A stretch of DNA of 64,000 bases from Botryllus schlosseri (taxonomy: Eukaryota), in the NCBI GenBank assembly GCA_051294905.1, contig CM119372.1, positions 13,332,001 to 13,396,000 of the forward strand. The letters are read 5' to 3'. Below, piece after piece: positions 40,664 to 51,453 of this stretch. The translations under genes and the position numbers were made by a program. Within the stretch, counting starts at the first letter, position 1, and every line of letters starts with the position of its first letter. The notes beneath the pieces are model-generated. The model was not told the DNA's origin. It was given only the letters and a program-made list of their open reading frames with translations, and did no database searches.

Positions 40664-41699
40664 ACTCAACGATCGCACCCAACAGCAGATGCTTCTTTCG
40701 AAGCTATCCAAATTTATGCATAGCATCGCCAAATATAATAATGATTCATTCGATCATTACATGATAATTGCATGTAGGATATCATGATGCGACACCGAGC
40801 ACAACGGAAGCTTCCCAATTCTCAGAAGACTCCTAGCCATATGTTCAATCTTCTACGAAAAACTCCTGATGATTAGCATTAATTCTGCGATGCATGTTTT
40901 CACATTTCGAGCGATGATCTACTTGGTCCCGTGTACTATACTAACAGAGCAGCATCCGTGATCCGTCGCTTGGTCATGGCGACACATTAGCCTAAGCACT
41001 TATATTCCAACAGTTTTTGGAGCCAAATTAATTACGTTAAACATTTCAGATTTATCAACAAAGCAGGATTTAGACAAGTTCGCAAGATTTCACGAGTGAA
41101 ATTGCCATGACAACTGAGAGACACAGACCGTGCATGACGGTGAGATACTATAATTTCGAAGATTGTGCTTCAATTCAATGGGGCATTGCCATTCATCGTC
41201 AGTCGTGAATATGAACATTTTAATGAATGGCAGTCTGATCGTCTCACGGAAATCTTTAACCGTTCACTTCAAACTACTTGAATGGTACTAATTATACTGT
41301 TCCCTTTCGCCTCATACTTGTATTTAGTATAAATTGATGGCATAGCTCGACTTGTACTCGAGTGCCAACAATCACTGCTTTGCTCATCTGTGCACACCTC
41401 AAGAATCACGACTCGCGAGACAGATGAGATACGAGTTTTTAATTCTCCTCTTGGCAGAATAACGCTCACTTTACAGAGCAGATTTGAGTTCAAGGCTATT
41501 AAAGAGATATTTCAAGCCAAATAGGCTACATTTGCTAGCAGGTCGCACAACTCGTTTAGAAATCAACAGTGTCGGCAATGTGTGAATAGCTACTTCGATT
41601 GCGGGATTCAGGTACAGAAAAACCATGAATATCATGTTGAAGAACGGATTCGAAGCAGCATTTCTCGAGTGTCAGCATGCATGTTAGTTCGCACGGTCT

Positions 41700-44600
41700 T
41701 CAGTCGTCTGAATCGTCGGCAATTTCCGCCTGTTCCCTCACCAAGAGCTCTCTTGCCTTTTTCAAATCACTCTTCATGTTATAATGCTTCTTTCTAGCAG
41801 CTTCGAACTTGGATTTTTTTTCTGCAACAATGGCGGATCGCTTCAGCAAAGATCTTCATGAGAAAAATTTAAAGCAGCAAATGTAAAGAGCTAGGAATAC
41901 TTCAACAGCACACATTATTAACGCATCATATTGCATATAGTCATAATTGCAGATCATTACACACTCAAAACCCAATCGGTGACTAATCTTTGTAGTTGCC
42001 CAGAGTCAGAGCTGGCCAAAGTAGTCTGCGTTGCTACTCAAGTAGAAGCCGAAGTAGCGTAGTAGATTTATACTAAATTACAATTGAGATGTAGCAAATT
42101 CAAAGACATGACAAGACTACTTCAAGTAGAAGCAGTAAATGAGATCTAAAAGTACTCAAGTAGTTTTAAGATAGAGATTTAGTTGATGGGTTGCATATCT
42201 TAGCTGTCAACCGTAGGTGGCTACCTTTGATGTCGCAGCGTGCATCTTCGCGAGCAACGCAAAACGACCACTATTACTACAAATAGGTGTAATATTTCGC
42301 AGCGTGCATCTTCGCGAGCAACGCAAAACGACCACTATTACTACAAATAGGTGTAATATTTGGGTGACCATACGACCTCCTTTTTCAGGTTTTTGAAAAT
42401 GTCCTCCTTTTTGGCATTTCGTCCTCCATTACAGCTTTTACAGCTAAGACAATGGACGGATTCGAGTGAAAATGGGCATAAACGAGGCTAAGACGGACGT
42501 TCAAGCGGGAAATTTGTGGTTCGATCGAAAGTGACGACTTTTTTTTGTTAGTCAACACCACTACTATATTTAAGTAAAAAGTGTGTAAATCGTGAGTCGA
42601 ACGGAAAGTGATGACCTCTTTTTAGTCAACTCACCAAATTTTACAGCAAAAATAGCGAAATCGGCTGTTTTTAGTCTTGTTCAACTAACTTTTCTGATTT
42701 AGCAAAAGTGTCCTTCTTTCCCGATTCCAAAATATGGTACGGGATACCGGTCAACCCCGTCCGGTTATTACGCAGCTCACTCACCATAAAGCCTTGTTTG
42801 AGCAATGAATATAGGTCTTGGTTAGTTACAAATTTCAGTGCCTTACCTTTAGCTTGAGGTGAGAGATGGTCATCCTCCTCATCAGTACTTATCGCTCTAT
42901 TGCGGGAGGATGAGGTTTCAGATGAAGCTAATCTAAAACAAGGATGAAAAGATAGAGAAATCAAAGCACAAGACAACATAACCAAACAAATGTCTTAGAA
43001 GGATTCGAGTGTAGTCCGCAAACAAATAGTAGGCATATGCAAAACACTAGCAATCAATTGATTGTAGTTGCAGATGCTTTCAAATAATGCTCTCAATCAC
43101 AGCCGACAGGAAATATCATTCATACTTATACTTCAAGACGGGGGAGTTTTTTTAACTGCTCTCAAGGTCTATTAGGTTAGGTTACCGTTCTGACAATTCA
43201 TCAGGATCTACTGGCTGTGAGTCATCATCATCATTGCTATGTCGGTATGGAGTCTTTGGCTCTTCTATTTTCATGTGACCATAATCTTTATCTGCTGGAT
43301 GATGTGTTGCCAAGATATTCATCTCGTCAAAGTGAGCTGCTTCCTTGCTGTAAAATTATACATAAGAATGCGCCTTGATTGAATGAGTCATTCGCGAAAG
43401 GTTTCTATAAAATTCATATGTAACATATTGGGACCCTGTTAGAGGATTACAGCACAACTGCACTCTGCTAACATACACTGGTTACTAAATTACATTAAGC
43501 CTAAGGCCTACATACTGATATAATAATAATAATATTGCCAGTACAGGAGGACGAAACCATCGATTACAAGTTTCATCAACGTGATATCAGTCATCAATTG
43601 GAATATCATAAACAAACCGACAATTGGATAATGTTTGTTTTTTTCCTTTCCTATATCTCATCCCTGTCTATCTGTCAACTGTCTTGATCTGGGTTGCTCG
43701 AATTGGATTAGTTACCGTCAACCTGACAATACGATTTATGGTTAATAACGAATATTGAATAACTAAATAAATCAAGAAGTAACGAGGCTTTTGGTTTTCA
43801 GTGTGACTGAAAAGTTTCGAATGTTTCGCTCAGAGGAATACTTGATGACACGAAAATGGAGTTGAAACCATAGTAATTCGATATGTTTCATCCGTCCAGT
43901 CACATAATTTATAGGCAACGACTAGAGTTAAGTCAAGTATTGACGAATATCATTCGAGTCACCCCAACGAGCATCTGTGGTAGGGATAAATGAACATTAA
44001 CCCATACCGCTAAACGACGTATATTGACATGCTGAATATGAAGATCTTCCCAGCACCGTCACATTAATACTGGTGCCTTAGTCTGACTGATTACAAATTA
44101 CCAACTAGTACATATACCGTTCGGTACAAACGCAAAGTCAGAAGACGTAAGATTCAACAACTTTATTTCCCATCTAGTCAACATATCGCAAATGTGTATG
44201 GTGAAGAAACACTGCTATATCATGATAATACGGCAATTGACATTCGGTATTTTATAAACCTGTAATCACTAGCAATAGGCCTAAACAATTTGCTGTTGGC
44301 TTTTTGTAGAAAACAAGCTATGAAGTAAACTGCAGTTGAGACCGACACAAAATTTGATTGTAAATTTTAACGCTCGCAATGGCATCCAGTGCGGCATAAT
44401 GCAATTGCTGCTCAGTAAGAGGGTAGAGATGCCATGAGCCTTTTCTGATTGAATCAACTTTGGGTAAATCACAGTTGAGGAGGAATTTCACTAAGCCAGC
44501 TAGACTCCATCTTTCATTGGACATCAACCTTTCATTAGCAAAACTGCCGAGATCTACAAAGCCACTTTGCGGAAAAATCAGATCAAAATCTCTGCACAAT

Positions 44601-46114
44601 TTCTGAATGTCACCTTCGACATTCACACCGACCTTAAGAACGTCCACTCTCTCTATAACCTCTCTAAGAGGTTTCGGGATTGAATTCATACACGAGACAT
44701 GGAAAACGAAACACACTTCATCGGGAATGTGGCAAAACTGGATGACCGCAGTTCTCCCTTGTTTGCCATGTTCATACGTAACAGGCCATTCAATGTCAAA
44801 TCCGATATGACAAGGTCCTCTCAGAGACTTCAAAAATTCATTGCACACCACAGCACAGTCGTTTGCATTGAAGGAATATACAATGCTACAGCTACTTGGA
44901 ATAGAGAAGGTTGGGAGTGTTTTCTTGATAGCACCATTTTGCATCCATTGAGGGAGCTTTCTGGGATTCCTAATAAAAGATTTTTAGTGTAAATAAATAA
45001 TGGAAAATGTCTCATAAAATAGCAATTCCGAGATCAGGTTTCCGAGACATACTGATTCTCTGTTCCCATTTCGGGTTACGTTCAGGTCTCCAGCTACTAG
45101 ACTACCTTCAATTTTATTAATTGATATTTTGAGATAGATGCAATGCAACAACACGTCATGAGCACTCGAATACAGCATCGCATATTGCAACAGTGTTCTC
45201 ATTGTGAAGGTAAAGAAACAGCTGGGCTAGGTGAGGCATGATTGTAGCATGGGCAGGTCCAGAAGATCTAGGAGTAGGAAGTTTATAGTATTAAATGAGA
45301 ATTCTAAAAAATGCACAGATTGTGATGTAGTTTGAGCAAATGAGTCACAGGCATATATCCTTAATAGATGTTCTCTTGATCGTTAATTCAATTCAATTCA
45401 TTACTATAATCATTTTAATACACCACAAGACTGTGATACAATGAAAATAGGAAGGTAGCGAAACGACTTGGAGTAGTCTAAGAAATCAGACACCCACCCG
45501 GCCTAGGCGATGTAAAAAGGTTGCATGCACACTGAATGAAAAGTAAAAGAAGATAATATAAAAATAGAGGTGACAAAAAAGTGGCATGTGTTGGAAGGCG
45601 AGATCGATAGGCCCATATGTCAGGTCATGGTACAGTGAACTAGAGGGCTAACTATATTCATTCCGTAGAAATTGTTTGTATTTTGACTTGCATGTGGACA
45701 TGACTGTTGGATAGCCGACGAAATACTATTCAACAAATCAGGTCCGGCATATTTGATGGAGCGATGCTCATTTATGTCTACCATATGGTACGGTACGGTA
45801 TGTAGTTGGACGACATGTACGGTGTACGTACAGTGACGTATGAGTCTCAATGCAGACCAGTAGTAAGTAGTTCACTAGTTTGTAATTTCAGCAGTTTGTA
45901 CAGTCAAAATAGAGCATAAGGACGCAAGCTGGCACCTTTATATGCCTATATCATCGAGAATTCTGAATATATCTTTCACTACTACACCCATATTTCATAA
46001 ACAAACGGAGTCAACAACCGTATACCTTGCGTTAGATTCGATCTTTTTATCCGATCCAGATTTCTTCAGAATACCCCGAGTAGGCTTATGTCCGGCACCA
46101 GAATTGCTCGCCAT
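41700..46114 (-). CDS. PPP1R2: Protein phosphatase 1 inhibitor-2 (IPP-2), 4 exons, 152 aa
   Basis: Exons 46114-46026, 43347-43186, 42932-42847 and 41821-41700 splice in frame: [18 protein letters not shown]...[31 protein letters not shown]...[12 protein letters not shown]...KKARELL. Contains the GILK, PxTP and HYNE-like motifs. Mostly absent from the ORF track. Confidence 0.95.
42233..42361. repeat. Perfect 64-bp tandem duplication
   Basis: TCGCAGCGTGCATCTTCGCGAGC...GTGTAATATT occurs twice, immediately before a MITE (GGGTGACCATA...GGTCAACCC, about 42362-42757). Confidence 0.9.
44318..45069 (-). CDS. Stand-alone Werner-syndrome-type DEDDy 3'-5' exonuclease (WRNexo-like), nested in PPP1R2 intron 1
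   Basis: ORF 44318-44944 has IGFDIEWP (ExoI), [17 protein letters not shown] (ExoII), WSLAGLV and W...[14 protein letters not shown] (ExoIII), then a stop. The frame extends to the acceptor at 44969 with [10 protein letters not shown] candidate mini-exon at 45069-45053 supplies MGTENQ. Confidence 0.9.
45400..45790 (-). mobile_element. LINE 3' fragment (family of 22335-22945) in PPP1R2 intron 1
   Basis: [15 protein letters not shown] peptide and a shared 3' UTR (GACACCCACC..GGCCTAGGCGATGTAAA). Confidence 0.8.
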
Positions 46115-46234
46115 GTTTTCTTCTTAGTTTTCCGAATGTAGAAGCTTTCAATCAGGTATAACACTCACCGGCAAACCGACTCAAAATAACCAGGGCCAGT
46201 CAATCAATCAATCATCAATCAATCAGTCATCTCC

Positions 46235-48918
46235 TACAGGGTTGGTTCGATTATGTTCACAATAAGAGCAATTCTGTTCAAAATAAGAGCAGTCTCATGT
46301 TCACAATAAGAGCAGTCATGTTCACAATAAGAGCAGTCTCATGTTCACAATAAGAGCAGTCGTTGTATTCACAATAACATCAGCCGCAGCACCACCATAT
46401 CCCCCGGACACGATGTCCGAGTGGCAACATCGTCCGAACACAACCCAGACACGATGTCCGAACGCCCCCCCCCTCTACACACCCCAGACATAATGTCCGA
46501 ACACCCCAAAGACATCCTCCATACACGATGTCCGATCTCAACACGCCCCCGACATGATGCCCGAGTGTCAACGCAGTCCGAACACACCCCAGACACGATG
46601 TCCGAACCCACCCCACCCCCAGACACGCCCCAGACACGATGTCCGAGTGTACACGCAGTCCGAACACACCCCAGACACGATGTCCGAACTCCCCTTCCCA
46701 AGACACACCTCAGACATGATGTCCGAATACTCCCCAGACATCCTCAAGGCACGATGTCCGAACTTGCCACGCCCCAGACAAAATGTGCGAACCCCCCCAG
46801 ACACGATTTCCTAGTGTACACGCAGTCCGAACACACCCCAGACACGATGCCCGAACTCCCCTTCCCCAGACACACCCCAGACATGATGTCCGAATACCCC
46901 CCAGACATCCTCAAGGCACGATGTCCGAACTCGCCACGCCCCAGACATGATGTCCGAGTGTCAACGCAGTCCGAAGACAACCCAAACATGATTTTATGAA
47001 CACACCCTAGACTTGATATTTGAACACAGGCCGGGGCATGATGTCCCAACACGATTTCCGATTGGCAACGCAGTGCGCGGACACACCTCAGTCATTATAT
47101 CCAAACACCCCCAGACATGATGTCCAGAGTGTCAATGCATCATGTCGGGAGTGTGTTCGGACTGCGTTGACACTCGGACATCGTGTCTGGGGTGTGTTCG
47201 GACTGCGTTGACACTCGGACATCGTGTCTGGGGATGTTCGGACATCATGTCAGGAGTGTGTTCGGACTGCGTTGACACTCGGACATCGTGTCTGGGGTGT
47301 GTTCGGACTGCGTTGACACTCGGACATCGTGTCTGGGGGTGTTCGGGCATCGTGTCAGGAGTGTGTTCGGACTGCGTTGACACTCGGACATCGTGTCTGG
47401 GGATGTTCGGACATCATGTCAGGAGCTAGTGTGTTCGGACTGCGTTGACACTCGGACATCGTGTCTGGGGTGTGTTCGGACTGCGTTGACACTCGGACAT
47501 CGTATCTGGGGTTGTTCGGGCATCGTGTCAGGAGTGTGTTCGGACTGCGTTGACACTCGGACATCGTGTCTGGGGGTGTTCGGACATCATGTCTGGGTTG
47601 TGTTCGGACTATGTTCCCACTTAGACAACGTGTCCGGGGGATATGGTGGTGCTGCGACTGATGTTATTGTGAATACAACGACTGCTCTTATTGTGAACAT
47701 GAGACTGCTCTTATTGTGAACATGACTGCTCTTATTGTGAACAGGAGACTGTTCTTATTGTGAGCATGACTGTTCTTATTGTGAACATGAGACTGTTCTT
47801 ATTGTGAACATGACTGCTCTTATTGTGAACATGAGACTGTTCTTATTGTGAACATGACTGCTCTTATTGTGAACATGAGACTGTTCTTATTGTGAACATG
47901 ACTGCTCTTATTGTGAACATGAGACTGTTCTTATTGTGAACATGACTGCTCTTATTGTGAACATGAGACTGTTCTTATTGTGAACATGACTGCTCTTATT
48001 GTGAACATGAGACTGCTCTTATTGTGAACATGGCTGTTCTTATTGTATTATCATGTCTGAGGTATCTTCGGACTGCATTGACACTCTGGACATAATGTCT
48101 GGGGGTGTTTGGATATCATGACTGAGGTGTGTCCGCACTGCGTTGCCAATCGGAAATCGTGTTCGGACATCATGCCCCGGCCTGTGTTCAAATATCAAGT
48201 CTAGGGTGTGTTCATAAAATCATGTTTGGGGTGTCTTCGGACTGCGTTGACACTCGGACATCATGTCTGGGGCGTGGCGAGTTCGGACATCGTGTCTGGA
48301 GGATGTCTGGGGGGGTATTCGGACATCATGTCTATGGTGTGTCTGGGGGAAGGGGCGTTCGGACATCGTGTCTGGGGTGTGTTCGGACTGCGTGTACACT
48401 CGGACATCGTGTCTGGGGGGGGGGTTCGGACATCGTGTCTGGGGTGTGTTCGGACTGCGTTGACACTCGGACATCGTGTCTTGGGGTGTTCGGACATCAT
48501 GTCAGGAGTGTGTTCGGACTGCGTTGACACTCGGACATCGTGTCTGGGGGGGCGTTCGGTCATCGTGTCTGGGGTGTGTTCGGACTGCGTTGACACTCGG
48601 ACATCGTGTCTGGGGGTGTTTGGGCATCATGTCAGGAGTGTGTTCGAACTGCGTTGACACTCGAACATCGTGTCTGGGGGTGTTCGGACATCATGTCTGG
48701 GTTGTGTTCGGACTATGTTGCCACTCGGACATCGTGTCCGGGGGATATGGTGGTGCTGCGTGCTGCGACGGATGTTATTGTGAATACAACGACTGCTCTT
48801 ATTGTGAACATGAGACTGCTCTTATTGTGAACATGACTGCTCTTATTGTGAACATGAGACTGCTCTTATTGTGAACAGAATTGCTCTTATTGTGAACATA
48901 ATCGAACCAACCCTCCTC
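46235..48918. mobile_element. Foldback-type element built from minisatellites (FB1)
   Basis: Inverted ends AGGGTTGGTTCGATTATGTTCACAATAAGAGC / GCTCTTATTGTGAACATAATCGAACCAACCCT. The arms consist of 19/21-bp ATGTTCACAATAAGAGCAGTC(TC) units and CCAGACACGATGTCCGA units. Candidate 9-bp TSD GTCATCTCC at 46226-46234 and 48919-48927. Confidence 0.8.
47680..48045. repeat. Alternating 19/21-bp (40-bp dimer) minisatellite
   Basis: (GACTGCTCTTATTGTGAACATGAGACTGTTCTTATTGTGAACAT)n read directly from the sequence. Confidence 0.95.
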
Positions 48919-49649
48919 GTCATCTCCAGTCCACCACTGTGATTCTGCCAGAAAATGCTAACGTCATATTTCCGAATTTGCGAGTCATTGTTGTCGCAAT
49001 GATTCACTTGTACTAAAATCAAATATTATAACCGGAAAAACAATTTCGCGACAGATTTGGAGTGCAAACGAACTGAAACACACGAGTTTTATCAATAAAT
49101 GGCGCAAACGGTATGATCAATACAATATATGATCGAAACTTGAAGGAGTGCTTCATTTTACAACCGCCAGGTATTACTTATGGCATCTAAATTTTCAGCC
49201 GTTACGTAATCTACGCAGGCGGACCTATTTCGATTCTCGCCTGTAGCCGAAGCATCAGAGGTTAATTTATGTTCCTTCCCCCATGTGTGACTATTTCTTG
49301 CGGCAGCGAGAGGCCCGGAAACAGACTCCACAAATGATTATACGTGATATCGAGGAGGAAAAAAGTAAAAATAATAATATTTAACGAAGACAGCCTATCC
49401 AACACTGTTAGGCTATATCGGCCAATTGGCTCAAGTCGTTTTGGATTAAAATGCCATAATAGGTAAATGCAACATCTTCCTGCCGATCACCTGCATCGCA
49501 TTGCACACTATGTGTATTGAGCACATCAGAAAACAAATGATTACGATTATTGCGATTCACGTCATGTTCTTGTTTAGTATAGGTCGACAGTAATACAGTA
49601 TTTTATGAATTATTAAATAAACAGTTAAAACAAAAAAGCAACGGCGTTT

Positions 49650-51045
49650 CTTCTGCTTCGAACATTTCATATATTCGGAAAACTATTTCATCGTGGTTTT
49701 ACGACGCCTACTATTTTAAGATCAAAACGCACGATTTTGCGTCAAATACGACTTTTCGTCCAATTGGATTATCGGTAAGTTTCAATAGACAATTAGGACA
49801 CCTAAAATATAACGGCGTGCCCTCTGCTTTGAATATGTTATATATCTGGATAGTATTACATCATGGTATTAACGATATTATCAAAAAGTTGAGAAATTGT
49901 GTACTTTTTGAGGATCAAAATGCATGATTTTGCGTCAACTACGACTTTTCGTCCAATTCGATTTTCGGTCAGTTTCATTCGACAATTAGGACACCCAAAA
50001 TGTAACGGCGTGCCCTCTTCTTCGGATATGTTATGTATCTAGATAATTATCACATCATAGTATTAACGATAATATCAAAAAGTTGGGAAATTGCGTACTT
50101 TTTGATGATCAAAATGCATGATTTGGCGTCAAATACGACTTTTCGTCAGATTCGATTTTCAGTCAGTTTCAATCGACAATTAGGACACCTAAAATATAAC
50201 GGCGTGCCCTCTGCTTCGGATATGTCATATATCCGGATAGGTATTACATCATGATATTAACGATAATATCAAAAAGTTGAGAAATTGCGTACTTTTTGAG
50301 GATCAAAATGCATGATTTTGCGTCAAATACGACTTTTCGTCCAATTCGATTTTCGGTCAGTTTCAATCGACAATTAGGACACCTAAAATATAACGGCGTG
50401 CCCTCTGCTTTGGATATGTTATATATCTAGATATGTATTACATCATAGTATTAACGATAATATCAAAAAGTTGAGAAATTGCGTACTTTTTGAGGATCAA
50501 AATGCATGATTTTGCGTCAAATACGACTTTTCCTCCAATTCGATTTTCGGTCAGTTTCAATCGACAATTAGGACACCCAAAATGTAACGGCGTGCCCTCT
50601 GCTTCGGATATGTTATATATCTAGATAATTATCACATCATAGTATTAACGATAATATCAAAAAGTTGAGAAATTGCGTACTTTTTGAGGATCAAAATGCA
50701 TGATTTTGCGTCAAATACGACTTTTCGTCCAATTCGATTTTCGGTCAGTTTCAATCGACAATTAGGACACCTAAAATATAACGGCGTGCCCTCTGCTTTG
50801 GATATGTTATATATCTAGATATGTATTACATCATAATATTAACGATAATATCAAAAAGTTGAGAAATTGCGTACTTTTTGAGGATCAAAATGCATGATTT
50901 TGCGTCAAATACGACTTTTCCTCCAATTCGATTTTCGGTCAGTTTCAATCGACAATTAGGACACCCAAAATGTAACGGCGCGCCCTCTGCTTCGGATATG
51001 TTATACATTTGGATAAGTATTACATCATGGTATTAACGATAATAT
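49650..51045 (+). repeat. 194-bp tandem array, about 7 units (left TIR)
   Basis: Anchor GACAATTAGG at 49788, 49981, 50175, 50369, 50563, 50757 and 50951. Confidence 0.95.
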
Positions 51046-51453
51046 CTGTTATAACATCATGATATAACAGTTTCGGTTTTACCATGCTATGTCCTGTCCC
51101 GCTTTGTCATCTTCCCTAATTTTTGTCAGCAACTCCCCTCGAATCAATGAGTTTCAGACGGATTAATATGCAAATTGAAAATGTAATTTCGAAACGTGTA
51201 TTTTGTAAAGAATACTCGATTTAGATATAGGATTGTAGAAATGGACGTATTTAGAGAAAAAACGAATTCTTTTAATTCACGCGGCATATCATTCCAATTA
51301 ATCCAATGAAGACCCAAAGTCTTTTGATATTGAATTGTAGTCCTGATTTTTCAGTGCCATTGCGAAAAATATCATTCCTTCAAAATGCAGCACTTCGTTT
51401 ACATATTCTCGGAAATTTCGTTTTTTGTCTTTAAAACTACGTTCCTGTCCATG

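Noticed and set aside
47680..48045. Regular short repeats resembling a CRISPR array
   Set aside because: The units are contiguous with no unique spacers, the context is eukaryotic and no cas genes are present.
46369..48874. Cluster of overlapping Cys/Pro/Thr-rich ORFs on both strands
   Set aside because: They are translations of the GC-rich minisatellite arms of FB1 and have no domain signature.
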